From an uncultured delta proteobacterium (GTDB taxonomy: Bacteria > Desulfobacterota > Syntrophobacteria > Syntrophobacterales > Syntrophobacteraceae), in assembly GCA_963808625.1 (NCBI GenBank), contig CAWEHK010000005.1, positions 1-47,432 on the forward strand: DNA of 47,432 nucleotides, given 5' to 3'. Made by a program: the position numbers and the translations under genes. Positions 29,544-40,599 of the stretch are shown here, piece after piece. Numbering within the stretch: position 1 is the stretch's first letter; each line of letters begins with the position of its first letter. The notes beneath the pieces were generated by a model. It ran no database searches. It had not been told where the DNA came from and saw nothing but the letters and a program-made list of their open reading frames with translations.

Positions 29544-31339
29544 TCAGATGAGGTTGATGTTCTCCTTGATGCTCAGGAGTCTCTCCGTCAGCTCATCCAT
29601 TTCAGGCAATTCCTGCGAGAGGACCGCCTGCCTCTGCAGAAGCTCTTTTTCGCCCTGAGCCCTCTGCTTCATGCCGTTTTCCATGGCCGTGCCTATTCCT
29701 TCGAGAGTAGACTGCATTTTCCGACCCATTTCGCGGCGGAACTTCTGCTTGCTTTCATCAAGTCTCGCGATGAAGTCATGTCTCATCCTCCCCGCCTGCA
29801 TTTCGATCAGCTCCAGCATGTGCCGCTTTCGTTTGCTGAGGATCATGCTGTTGGCCTTGCTGAAGAGGTATGATTTAAGCTTTTGGAAGCGGTTGCTGAC
29901 GTACTTCGGGAACACCTGGGTCAAGGAATCCGTGAGCATGTCGAGGCCCACGGGTTCTTCCCTGAGCCTGTAGGAAAAACTCGACTCTCCGCTCCATAAT
30001 GAATCGGCCTTGATACTGCTGAAAGGAACCGCGAAGAGCTGCGATGAGAATTCCAGCAGGGCGTCGATAATCTGGTTCATCTTCCCCGCAAAACGGTCGC
30101 AAATAGCCTGGTTAGCCCTTGCCAGCCGATCGTCTTCCTTGATCCGCCACGCTTCGAATGCCGGCTCCACCTGGTTCTGCACATACGGCCTCGAGGGCAT
30201 CGTTCAAGTCCTTGAGGGCCAGGTCCCGGTGGTCATTATGGAAAGCCTCGAAGCCTTGCTCCATTTGCGGGACGAATTCTTTCTTGAAGGCCTCGAGGTC
30301 CTCATCGAGCCGCGTCCTGATCAGCCGCTTCACCTCGCCGTCCAGCAGGATGTCAAAGCTCCTTTCCTCCATGAGGATTTCTTCCTTTTTTTCCTCGAGG
30401 GCCTGAAGCTTTTGTTGGAGCTCGTCGAGGGGGCAGGTCAGGGACTGCCATTCAAGCTCGAGGTGGAGGCGAGCCTGGGAGAGGATTCGCAACAGATTGT
30501 TCGCTACGGAAAGCAGAAGAATCTTGCCTTTTTCCTCGACCAGGAAGGCGTTCAGGATCTCGGAAAAAGCCGGCAGGTTGCTGCGCTCGAGGAGCTCTTC
30601 GGAACCCTCCAGCTTTCCTTGCAGAGCCAACTTGGCCGAAATCGGATAGACCGTAACATCGAGGCCTGCTGCTTCCCTTATGGTCGTTTCCGGTGAATTC
30701 AACGGAAGCTTGGATTTCCCGGTCGGTGACGTAATCGATTTTGTTCAGCAGGAAGAAAATCTTGTCGGAATACTGCTGCACATCCTTCAAAAAATCAAGT
30801 TCCGCCTTGCTGACCGGCTGTTCGACCGAGAGCAGAAAAAGGGCCGCATCGGAGTTGGGCAGGTATTGGTAGGCGACATCGGTGTTGTGAATGTACACGG
30901 AACCCACGCCCGGCGTATCCACCAGGCGCACGCCGTCTTTCAGATACGGGGAGGGATAGCTGACGAAAACCTCTTTGACTCCCTTGAGGTTCTTGGGATT
31001 ACCAGGTTCCGTAACATAGTCGACGAGTTCCCGGGGGGCGATGGCCGTGACCTCTCCGTCCTGGAAGGACACCTCGATCTGCAGGGCTTCTCCGTAAGTC
31101 AGAATGGTGACGATGGAGGTCAAAGGCACAACCCCGGTCGGCAGCAGGTCGACTCCCATGAGCGCATTGATGAGGCACGTCTTGCCCCTCTTGAACTGGC
31201 CGACCACGACCAGATTCAGGGTGTTCGTACGGACCTTTTCGACCAGCTCCTCGAGAGGAAACCCCGCCAGATGCTCAAGCGTTGACATCTGACTGATGCA
31301 GGCAAGGATTTCTTCCTTCAGGAGCGCATACCGGTGCAT
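29544..31339 (-). CDS. Dynamin family GTPase, frameshifted twice
   Basis: GQFKRGKT (G1), PLT, DTPG and NKID motifs, then a helical stalk across three frames. Confidence 0.85.
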
Positions 31340-31520
31340 ACCCGAAAATCTGTCATCTCCATCTCTGTGCAGGAAGCGGCACGTTTCGGTGGGCGCAAAA
31401 CATCGCGCCCACCCTGCGCCACGCCCGATTAGGGTGGGCAAGCTTACCGGGCCACGGCACTCAGCTACTTTCTGAATTTCCAACTCCCGCTTCTGTCTAT
31501 TGTCCCTACTCCGGCATGGG

Positions 31521-31549
31521 TTGCATGCAAAGAGGCATTCACATATAAT
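31521..31549 (+). promoter_or_regulatory. Putative sigma70 promoter for the lytic transglycosylase
   Basis: TTGCAT-N17-TATAAT. Confidence 0.55.
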
Positions 31550-31626
31550 GAGCGGCCAGGAAAACCGCAAGACAAAATCTTTCACAAGCGATCACGGATA
31601 ACATCCGGGCTCGAAAGGAGAGGCAA

Positions 31627-32551
31627 GTGAACGTTTGGTCAAGAATGCAAAAATCCTGGTTTGCATGGCTTCCGGCAGTCTCTGCCGCGTTCTTCGGGCC
31701 GCTCTTCCTGTGTCTGGCCCAGCGGCGCTACTGCCGATGATGCCTTCGCCCCGCTGAGACAGAAACTGGTTGCGGACGGCTTCGGTCAAACCCAGGTTGC
31801 AGCTCTTTATCCCCCGGGATTCACCCCGCTCTACCAGACCGTTTCCCAGACGCTTCGCCTGCGGGAGAGCAAACTCAATTACGAACAGTTTTTGCAGCCT
31901 TCAGCCATTGCCGAAGCCAGGCGCTTTCTGCGCCGGAATGAAACCGTCCTTCTGCATGCGGAGGAAATCTACGGCGTCAACCGCTGCGTGATCACCGCCA
32001 TCCTGTTGGTCGAGACTCATTTTGGCAGCTATACCGGGGCTACTCCCACCTTTGCCGTGCTTTCCACCTTTGCCCTGATGGATGAGAAGAGCAGTCGTGA
32101 CCGGGTCTGGAATCTCATGTCACCACAGGACCGGAAGAACTGGGACCGCGCCGAATTTGACCGGAGGCTTACGCAAAGGGCCGAGTGGGCTTATGGTGAA
32201 TTGTATGCCCTGGTGCGGCTGACCGACGGCAACCCGAGGAAACTCGCGGCGCTGAAAGGGTCCGTAATGGGGGCGATTGGCTGGCCGCAGTTCCTGCCCT
32301 CGAGCCTCGTGCAATGGGGAACGGACGGCAACCGCGATGGCCGGATCGATCTCTTCGAGCCGGAGGACGCCATCTTCAGCATCGCCAATTATCTGCGCGT
32401 GCATGGCTGGGATGAAGCCAGGACGGACTCGGAAAAGGAAGACGTTATCTGGACCTATAACCACAGTCGCCCATACGTGGGAGCAATCCTCGGGGCCGCA
32501 CGGGAAATGGGCGAGTGTCCGGGCAGTGGCACCCTCTCACAGGGAAAATAG
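31627..32551 (+). CDS. Lytic murein transglycosylase (MltB/SLT_2 family), frameshift in the signal region
   Basis: ILLVETHFG, GSVMGAIGWPQFLPSS, DGNRDGRIDL, SIANYL and YNHS motifs; AAGGAG RBS before GTG. Confidence 0.9.
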
Positions 32552-32576
32552 TAACTTCATCATTCCGATGACTCAG

Positions 32577-32628
32577 TTGACGAGCTGATTGAGCAGGTGC
32601 TACACTGTGTGTGGGAAGTGTCACTTTC
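32577..32628 (+). promoter_or_regulatory. Putative TA promoter and operator
   Basis: TTGACG-N18-TACACT, then palindrome AAGTG-T-CACTT (32616-32626). Confidence 0.5.
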
Positions 32629-32669
32629 GCACGTCAATCCAGAAAAGGGACGCTACACGGGAGGTTGCC

Positions 32670-32897
32670 ATGAAATCACTGACTATCCGCCAGGCTCGCC
32701 AGGCCTTGTCACATTTGGAGACGTTACTGGCATCTGAGGGGGAAATCACGATCACCAGAAGAGGACATCCAATTGCCCGGGTTATGCCGATCGATGGGAA
32801 GAGGCCGATGCCGTCTCACCGGGAACTCCGGGAGAAAATGGCGCCGATGAGCGTAGGCAGTCAAGAACTCATTCGCAACGACAGGGACGGACCGTGA
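32670..32897 (+). CDS. Phd/YefM family antitoxin
   Basis: GEITITRRGHPIARVMP motif; GTGA overlap with the PIN gene. Confidence 0.85.
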   Translation: MKSLTIRQARQALSHLETLLASEGEITITRRGHPIARVMPIDGKRPMPSHRELREKMAPMSVGSQELIRNDRDGP

Positions 32898-33328
32898 GAG
32901 AGCGCATCTACATCGACACGAGTGCCGTCGCAAAATGGTACCTCAACGAGGAATACTCCAATGAGGTGGCAAGTTTCCTCCAGGAACAAGGTCCCGTGGA
33001 GATCAGCGAACTCACCGTCGTGGAGATGCGCAGTCTTCTCGCGAGGCGAAGGCGGGAGGGGAGCATCGATGTTTCTCTGGAGTTGGAGATTTTTGCCACA
33101 TTTTCAGAAGACATAAGACAGGGATTTCTCATCTGTCATCCACTTCCCGCAGGATGGGCAGCAGGGACACTCAATCTTTTTTCGATCCTGCCCAATGTGC
33201 CCATCAGGACTCTCGACGCCCTTCATTTGATGATTGCCATGGAACTGCCAGCGGACATTATAGCCACTTCCGACCGGGTTATGGTCGAAGGTGCGCGAAA
33301 CCTCGGCCTGGCAGTGGTGCAGTTCTGA
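32894..33328 (+). CDS. vapC: VapC PIN-domain toxin
   Basis: YIDTSAVAKWY, E, RTLDALHL and TSD acidic motifs. Confidence 0.9.
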   Translation: MRERIYIDTSAVAKWYLNEEYSNEVASFLQEQGPVEISELTVVEMRSLLARRRREGSIDVSLELEIFATFSEDIRQGFLICHPLPAGWAAGTLNLFSILPNVPIRTLDALHLMIAMELPADIIATSDRVMVEGARNLGLAVVQF

Positions 33329-33457
33329 TGCAAAGCGAGAGAGCTCATTTCCCCTGACCAAAAATCGGCCCAGCGCTCCACCAGGAATTGTTGAGTTCGA
33401 ATAGCATGAGATTTTATGGTGACACAGTGTTCACTGCAGAGGAATTAGGATCTTTCA

Positions 33458-36400
33458 ATGGAAAAACAGCTCCTTGGCGCCCCAGAAGCAGTTCTGGCTC
33501 TGGTTGAGCGCTTTGACCGGCAGCAGCAGGCTTATCGGTCGGGGCAGTACAATGAAACCCAGTTGCGCCGCGAGTTCCTGGACCCGTTCTGGGAGGCCCT
33601 GGGCTGGGACGTAAACAACCGCCAGGGCTACGCCGAAGCCTACAAAGACGTCATCCACGAAGACGCCATCAAAGTCGGCGGGGTTACCAAGGCGCCCGAT
33701 TATTGCTTTCGCATCGGCGGGACGCGAAAATTTTTTGTCGAAGCGAAAAAGCCGTCCGTCAACATCAAGGACGACCTCGTCTCCGCTTTTCAGTTGCGCC
33801 GCTACGCCTGGTCGGCGCGCCTCCCCTTGAGTGTCCTCACCGACTTCGAGGAATTTGCCGTCTACGACTGCCGCATCAAGCCGGACAAGACGGACAAGGC
33901 ATCCACCGGGCGCATTCTTTACCTCACCTGCTCCGAGTTCCTTTCCCGATGGGATGCCATCGCTGCCGTCTTTTCCCGCGACGCGGTGCTCAAGGGTTCG
34001 TTTGATGCGTTTGCGGAATCCAACAAGGACAAGAAAGGCACCGCCGAGGTCGATGTCGCCTTTCTCAAGGAAATGGAAGGCTGGCGCGAGCTTCTCGCCC
34101 GCCACCTTGCCCTCCGTAATCCCCAGATCACCCAGCGCGAGCTCAATTATTCCGTGCAGATGGTCCTCGATCGCATCATCTTTTTGCGCATCTGCGAGGA
34201 CCGGGGCATCGAACCCTACGGGCGGCTGGCCGTGCTCCAGAGCGGGACCCGCGTTTACCAGCGCTTATGCGAGATATTCCGGCAGGCGGACGACCGCTAT
34301 AATTCCGGACTGTTTCATTTTCGCCGGGAAAAAGAGCGCACCGACCCGCCCGATGATTTGACGCCCAACCTGAACATCGATGACAAGCCCATCAAGGAGG
34401 TGATCAGCGCCCTCTATTATCCGGAAAGTCCGTATGAGTTCTCCGTGCTTCCGGCGGACCTCCTCGGGCAGGTTTATGAACGGTTCCTCGGGAAGGTGAT
34501 TCGCCTGACTTCGGGCCATCGCGCGGTGATCGAGGAAAAACCCGAAGTGAAAAAGGCCGGGGGGGTCTTCTACACTCCGACCACCATTGTCGATTACATC
34601 GTCAGTCACACTGTGGGAAGACTTCTGGCAGAAAGAAGCCCCTCGCCGCGTCAGAAGCCGATGGCATTGAGGATCATTGATCCAGCATGTGGATCGGGAT
34701 CGTTTTTGCTCGGCGCCTACCAGTACCTGCTCGATTGGTATGCGAGGTGGTACACTGATCACCAGCCCGAAAAATGGGCCAGGGGCCGCTCACCCACCCT
34801 GTACCAGGCGCAAAAGGGTGTCTGGCGGCTCACCACCTCCGAGCGCAAGCGCATTCTGCTGCAGCATATCTACGGCGTGGACCTCGATTCCCAGGCCGTC
34901 GAGGTGACCAAGCTCTCTCTTCTGCTCAAGGTGCTCGAAGGCGAGAGCGACGAGACCCTTTCAAGGCAGCTCACCATGTTTCGGGAGCGCGCCCTGCCGG
35001 ACCTTGCCGGCAACATCAAGTGCGGCAATTCGCTCATCGGCCCGGATTTCTACGACGGCCGGCAGATGAGCATCTTCAGCGAGGAAGAGCGCTTCCGGGT
35101 CAATGTTTTTGATTGGGATGCAGAATTCCCCGAGGTTATGCAAGGGGGCGGGTTCGATGTCGTGATCGGGAATCCGCCTTATGTGCGGCAGGAGATGCTC
35201 TCCGACTTCAAAGGTTATCTCAGCAAGGCGTACCAAACTTATCATGGGGTCGCCGATCTTTACGTCTATTTTATCGAGCGTGGCATGAGGCTGCTGAAGC
35301 CGGGAGGGAGCTTCGGCTATATCGTCGCCAACAAATGGATGCGGGCCAATTATGGCGAGCGCCTGCGGCACTGGCTCAAACAGCAGCGACTCGAAGAAAT
35401 TGTCGATTTTGGGGACCTGCCCGTCTTCCAAACGGCCACCACCTATCCCTGTATTTTGCTGACGAGGAAGGATTCCCCCGCTGCCGCCTTACAGGTGGCG
35501 CAGGTAAGATCCCTCGACTTTCAGAGTCTCGATGAATATGTCCTTGCGCATCGCTACCCGGTCATCCAGGCTTCTCTCGAGGACGCAGGCTGGTCGCTCA
35601 CCGACTCGCACACGCAGGCGCTGCTGACCAAACTTCGCCAAGGAGGCGTGCCGCTCGGAGAATACGTGCAGGGGAGAATCTATCATGGCGTGCTTACCGG
35701 ACTCAACGAAGCCTTTGTTATCGATGCCGCGACGCGCGCCCAACTGCTTGCCGAAGACGCCAAGAGCGCTGAACTGATCAAGCCCTTTCTCGCCGGCCGG
35801 GATATCAAGCGCTATGCGCCACCAACCAGCGAGCAATATGTGGTCTTCACCAGGCGCGGCGTGGAGATCAAGAAATACCGTGCCATCGAAGAGCACTTGC
35901 GCAGGTTTAAAGAACAGCTCATGCCGAAGCCAAAAGACTGGAAGGGCGGCCCCTGGAAGGGGCGAAAACCCGGCCCTTATGAATGGTATGAGATTCAGGA
36001 TACGGTTGCTTACCATGCGGAGTTTGAGAAACCCAAGATATTCTTGCCCGATATTTCGATAAGAGGTAACTTCACGCTGGATGGAAACGGAGGGCTCTAT
36101 GCTGCAAACACCATCTATATCATCTGCTCTGCTGACAAGTACTTACTTGGATTGTTGAATTCCTCATTGATGGATTTTTGCTACCGAAATTTAACGGCCG
36201 TTTATCGAGGTGGATACTTGCGATTCTTCGCACAATACCTGATCCAACTGCCCATCCACTCAATCGATTTCTCCAACCCAACAGACGTTGCCCGCCATGC
36301 CCGCATGGTCCAACTGATCGAGGAAATGCTCTCTCTGAATAAACAACTGGCGGCAGCCCGGACTGGCCATGAGAAAATCAGCCTTCACCGCCAGATTGAC

Positions 36401-36490
36401 GCAACCGATCGCCAAATCGACCGTCTGGTGTACGAGCTGTATGAAATGACGGAAGATGAAATCAAGATCGTTGAAGAATCGGGGGAATGA
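33458..36490 (+). CDS. Type IIG (Eco57I/TaqI-C-like) fused restriction endonuclease-N6 adenine methyltransferase
   Basis: PD...EAK nuclease; GVFYTP, DPACGSG and NPPY methyltransferase motifs; C-terminal target-recognition region and IDRLVYELY tail. Confidence 0.92.
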   Translation: MEKQLLGAPEAVLALVERFDRQQQAYRSGQYNETQLRREFLDPFWEALGWDVNNRQGYAEAYKDVIHEDAIKVGGVTKAPDYCFRIGGTRKFFVEAKKPSVNIKDDLVSAFQLRRYAWSARLPLSVLTDFEEFAVYDCRIKPDKTDKASTGRILYLTCSEFLSRWDAIAAVFSRDAVLKGSFDAFAESNKDKKGTAEVDVAFLKEMEGWRELLARHLALRNPQITQRELNYSVQMVLDRIIFLRICEDRGIEPYGRLAVLQSGTRVYQRLCEIFRQADDRYNSGLFHFRREKERTDPPDDLTPNLNIDDKPIKEVISALYYPESPYEFSVLPADLLGQVYERFLGKVIRLTSGHRAVIEEKPEVKKAGGVFYTPTTIVDYIVSHTVGRLLAERSPSPRQKPMALRIIDPACGSGSFLLGAYQYLLDWYARWYTDHQPEKWARGRSPTLYQAQKGVWRLTTSERKRILLQHIYGVDLDSQAVEVTKLSLLLKVLEGESDETLSRQLTMFRERALPDLAGNIKCGNSLIGPDFYDGRQMSIFSEEERFRVNVFDWDAEFPEVMQGGGFDVVIGNPPYVRQEMLSDFKGYLSKAYQTYHGVADLYVYFIERGMRLLKPGGSFGYIVANKWMRANYGERLRHWLKQQRLEEIVDFGDLPVFQTATTYPCILLTRKDSPAAALQVAQVRSLDFQSLDEYVLAHRYPVIQASLEDAGWSLTDSHTQALLTKLRQGGVPLGEYVQGRIYHGVLTGLNEAFVIDAATRAQLLAEDAKSAELIKPFLAGRDIKRYAPPTSEQYVVFTRRGVEIKKYRAIEEHLRRFKEQLMPKPKDWKGGPWKGRKPGPYEWYEIQDTVAYHAEFEKPKIFLPDISIRGNFTLDGNGGLYAANTIYIICSADKYLLGLLNSSLMDFCYRNLTAVYRGGYLRFFAQYLIQLPIHSIDFSNPTDVARHARMVQLIEEMLSLNKQLAAARTGHEKISLHRQIDATDRQIDRLVYELYEMTEDEIKIVEESGE

Positions 36491-36504
36491 ATGCTTGCGT
36501 GTAC

Positions 36505-36774
36505 TCAGCCTCTCCGCTGCGCCCTCATGTACGCCTTCAGCACGACCTTCATGCGCGACTGGTATCCTTTGCCTCGGGACTTAAACTATTCAAGCACCTC
36601 GCGATCAACCCTCAATGTGACAGACACCTTAGGCACCGGCATCATCAGAGTGGCATTCGTGAAAAACTCCTCACCCATCTCCGGGATGTCTGAAAAATCA
36701 ATATCCTCATTCCGCATGGAGTCGATCCGATTCCAATCGGTCTCTGATTTGCGCGTCGAATCTCTTTTGCTCAC
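36505..36774 (-). pseudogene. brnA: BrnA-family antitoxin interrupted by in-frame TAG; no brnT
   Basis: TDWNRI...IDFSDIPE...VTLRVDREVLE*FKSRGKGYQSRM; TAG at 36586-36588 occupies the usual Trp position. Confidence 0.8.
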
Positions 36775-36820
36775 GTTGGTTTGCCTAACTTAAGGGCATG
36801 CTGAACCGCAGTGGACCGTT

Positions 36821-37347
36821 TCAACCAGTGACATCGGCCTGCACGTCAGCCTCCTTATGCAGGGCCAATCGTTCTGCCAGCTTTCTTTCGACAGGGTCAG
36901 GGACCAGACCGTTCACACACCCCCCGACATGACCACTTCCTTGATGATGCTTGAACTGATGTAAATATAGCGCATTCCCGTCATCAGAAAGAGGGTCTCG
37001 ACTTCGGTGCTGAGTTTGCGATTCATCAGGGCCATTTGAAATTCATATTCGAAGTCGCTGATCGCTCGCAGTCCGCGGACAATAGCGTTGGCCTTAACCC
37101 GTTTCACATATTCCACCAGCAGTCCATGGAACGTATCCACTACCACACGGTCTTCGAGAGGATGGCCTTTGAGCGAGTCCTTGATCAGGTCAATGCGTTC
37201 TTGAAGCGTGAAAAGGGGGCTTTTCCCCGGGTTGGCAGCGATGGCGATCACAATCCTGTCGAAAATCTTTAAAGCACGCTCAAGCAGATCCAGATGGCCA
37301 TTGGTAATGGGGTCGAACGAACCAGGATAGACCGCCAGTTTTTCCAT
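36821..37347 (-). CDS. coaD: Phosphopantetheine adenylyltransferase, frameshift near the 3' end
   Basis: YPGSFDPITNGH, RGLRAISDFEYE and ISSS motifs; continues as VNGLVPDPV. Confidence 0.95.
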
Positions 37348-37393
37348 GCTTTTCTCCTTTCAGACAAGTCCCGAAAGACATCACTCCAGAACA

Positions 37394-37950
37394 TCAGCAG
37401 GCAAGCTCTTTCACGTAGAAGGAAACGGCGGTGTCTCCATATTTCCGCTCCTGAAGTTTCACCATTCCGGGTGCTCCGACGGGAGCGGCAGCAGGTCTCT
37501 AACATCATGTTCAGCAACCACCAGGGTCCCGGATCGTGCCACCTCGCCGAGGTGGAAAAAGTTTTCTGCACGGTGCCTTTGCCGTAAGGGGGGTCCATGA
37601 AGATCAAATCAAAGTCTTCCCCTCGCCGGCAAGCCGATGGATCGCTTGATTTACGGGTCCTGGATAACTCTCACCCGCTCTTGAACACTGCAAGTTCGAT
37701 ATTGGACCGGATCAATCGAACCGCGTCCACGGCTTTGATCAACAAAAACCGCCTCCAAAGCCCCGCGACTCAAAGCCTCCAGGCCAAGGCCCCGGTCCCG
37801 GCAAAAAGATCCAGCACCTTGGCGCCTGAATCTTGCCCCGAGGATGCTGAAGATCGCTTCGCGGACACGATCCGAGGTCGGTCGGATTTCCCTGCCTTTT
37901 GGGGTGTGAAGTCGTCTCCCACCGAATGTGCCGGCGACGATGCGCATCAT
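37394..37950 (-). CDS. rsmD: 16S rRNA (guanine966-N2)-methyltransferase, multiple frameshifts
   Basis: MRIVAG, RPTSDRVREA, EALSRGA, DPPY and YGDT motifs. Confidence 0.9.
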
Positions 37951-37956
37951 AAAAAA

Positions 37957-38013
37957 CAGTGGCTAGTGGCTAGCGTCTAGTGGCCAGTGGTCAGTGATCA
38001 CTGGTCAGTGGCC
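37957..38013. repeat. (T/C)AGTGG(C/T) 7-bp tandem repeat
   Basis: CAGTGGCTAGTGGCTAG...TAGTGGCCAGTGGTCAGTG; reverse-complement family at 44311. Confidence 0.75.
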
Positions 38014-38084
38014 GGAGATTCATAGTCATGGAAGAACCCCGACAAAGTACGGTAAGGCAGAATAAAGCGCCCTTAATCTCAGAA

Positions 38085-38164
38085 CGTCATTCCCGCATGC
38101 TCTTAGCGGGAATCCAGAGAATTTGCAAGGCCTGGATTCCCGCCAGAAGCGCGCGGGAATGACG
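38085..38164. repeat. GTCATTCCCGC REP doublet
   Basis: CGTCATTCCCGCATGCTCTTAGCGGGAATCCAG...CTGGATTCCCGCCAGAAGCGCGCGGGAATGACG. Confidence 0.85.
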
Positions 38165-38211
38165 ATTCGAACTCGGACACTCATTTATGCAGAGCTGCAC
38201 TAAGTGGGCAC

Positions 38212-39232
38212 TTACAAGAGACCCCGCTCGAGCAGCAGTTCGGCGATCTGGACGGCATTGGTGGCCGCCCCTTTGCGAATATTGTCCGCCACCACCCACA
38301 TGACCAGACCGTTCTCCACCGACGGGTCCTGTCGGATGCGGCCCACCAGCGTATCATCCTGCCCGGCGGCGGCGAGCGGCACCGGGTACTGCTTCTGCGC
38401 CGGGTCATCCACCACCCGCACCCCGGGAGCGTCTGCCAGCAGGGACCGCACCCGGTCAACGGAAATCGGCGCCCGGGTCTCGATGTTTACCGCTTCGGAA
38501 TGGCCATAGTAGACCGGTACACGAACCGTCGTGGCACAGACCGCGATCTCGGGATCACTGAAAATCTTCTGGGTCTCGTTGACCATTTTCATTTCTTCTT
38601 CGGTATAGCCGTTTTCGAGAAAGCGCCCCGATATGCGGAAAACAATTGAAGGCAATCTGGTACGGGTACACTTCCCTTTGCGCTTCCTTGCCCTGCATGA
38701 GATCGGATACCTGCTGGCGCAGTTCTTCAATGGCGCGTTTTCCGGTCCCGGAAACCGCCTGGAAAGTGGTCACGACGATTCGTCTTTATCCCCACGGCAT
38801 CGTAGATGGGTTTCAGCGCCACCACCATCTGGATCGTCGAGCAGTTGGGGTTGGCGATGATGTTGGGATGAGGCGCCACCGCGTCGGGGTTCACTTCCGG
38901 AACAATCAGAGGAACATTGGGGTCCATGCGAAAGGCGCTGGAGTTGTCGATCACCACGCATCCCGCCTGTGCCGCCAGGGGAGCAAATTTCCTGCTCACC
39001 GAGCCCCCGGCCGAAAAGAGCGCGACATCGATGCCCTTAAAGGAATCCTCCCGAAGCTCGAAAACCGGAAGCTCCGTTCCCTTGAAGGGGAGCGTTTTTC
39101 CCAGCGAGCGCACCGAAGCGAGCAGGGTCAACTCACTCACCGGAAAGGATCGTTCTTCGAGGACTTGACCATGAGGTTGCCAACGGCCCCCGTTGCTCCA
39201 ACTACCGCCACTTTAAAGGATTTCTGTGCCAT
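38212..39232 (-). CDS. asd: Aspartate-semialdehyde dehydrogenase, frameshifted
   Basis: VVGATGAVG, DNSSAFRM, NPNCST, QAVSGTG and DNIRKGAA motifs. Confidence 0.95.
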
Positions 39233-39254
39233 TTCTTTAAACCCCTTGTTGAAG

Positions 39255-39460
39255 TATGAGTAGGAGTAAGGAGTAGCGCAGTGATGAGTGACAGTAAGAA
39301 GTGGAAGCGTGCAATACCGAAGTTGTGCCTCATCGCCACCTCCGCTCACTACCGTTCAGATGCCCCGCTCAATTGACGACCCCGATTACTCCTGTCTCCT
39401 GTCACCGTCTACTATCACTCCTCACTGCATCACTGCCACTACTTACTCTTACTGTCACCT
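39255..39460. repeat. Low-complexity region with inverted arms between leuB and asd
   Basis: GTGACAGTAAGA / TCTTACTGTCAC and GCAGTGATG / CATCACTGC inverted pairs within GAGTA-like short repeats. Confidence 0.6.
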
Positions 39461-40527
39461 CGCGATATATCCAACCACCAGATCCCCGACCTCACTCGTT
39501 GAATATCCCATCTGACCGGCGGAAAGACTCTTCAAATCCTGCAGACACCACTTTGCGGATGGCGTTTTCAAGGCGGCCGGCAGCGCGGTCCTCACCGAGA
39601 TGTTCCAGCATCATCTGGGCTGCCGCAATGGCCGCAAGCGGATTGATGATGTTCTTGCCGGTGTACTTGGGGGCAGAGCCGCCGATGGGCTCAAACATGG
39701 AAACCCCGCCGGGATTGATATTGCCTCCGGCAGCAATGCCCATGCCCCCCTGGATCATGGCGCCCGAGGTCGGTGATGATGTCGCCGAACATGTTGTCGG
39801 TCACGATCACGTCAAACCATTCCGGGTTTTTCACCATCCACATGCAGGTCGCGTCGACGTGGGCATAATCGGTCTGGATCTCGGGATACTCCGCGGCGAC
39901 CTCATAAAACACCCGTTCCCAGAGGTCGAAGGCATAAGTCAGAACATTGGTCTTGCCGCACAGGGTGAGTTTCTTCCGGCGATTGCGGCGACGGCAAAAG
40001 TCGAAGGCAAACCGGATGCACCGTTCAACCCCGAACCGGGTGTTGATGGATTCCTGAATGGCGACTTCATGAGGGGTCCCCTTCCGCAGAAAACCGCCTG
40101 CGCCGGCATACAGGCCCTCGGTATTCTCCCGCACCACCACAAAGTCGATGTCGTCCGCGCTCTTGTCTTTCAGCGGCGTATCCACTCCGGGATAGAGGAT
40201 CACCGGCCGCAGGTTGATGTATTGATCCAGTTGAAAACGGAGCTCCAGGAGCAGGCCCTTTTCGAGAATCCCCGGTTTCACCTCGGGATGTCCAATGGCC
40301 CCCAGGAGGATGGCGTCAAAGGTCTTGAGCTCCTCGATCACGCCGCCGGGAAGGACATCTCCGGTGCGCAGATAACGCTCCCCTCCCAGATCAAAATAGA
40401 CCAGACGCAGTTGTGAAGTCCTCTCTGTCGCGACAGCATTCAGTGCCTTGACGGCTTCACGAATGACTTCCGGCCCCGTGCCATCCCCGGGTATCACCGC
40501 AATGTTATAGGTGTTCTTGCGCTCCAT
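39455..40527 (-). CDS. leuB: 3-isopropylmalate dehydrogenase, frameshifted
   Basis: [36 protein letters not shown] and INP motifs. Confidence 0.93.
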
Positions 40528-40599
40528 GATTGGCCTCAATCCTCCTTGCCGATTTCCGTTCTCATTCCCCGAAATCCCGCTGCATCCAGCACACACCTT

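Noticed and set aside
36586..36588. Pyrrolysine recoding in brnA
   Set aside because: The codon sits at a conserved Trp one substitution from TGG, and no pyl genes are in the window
39301..40416. 371-aa plus-strand ORF and similar long antisense ORFs (7803-8834, 9276-10175, 16606-17658, 27980-28810)
   Set aside because: Shadows of well-supported genes on the opposite strand
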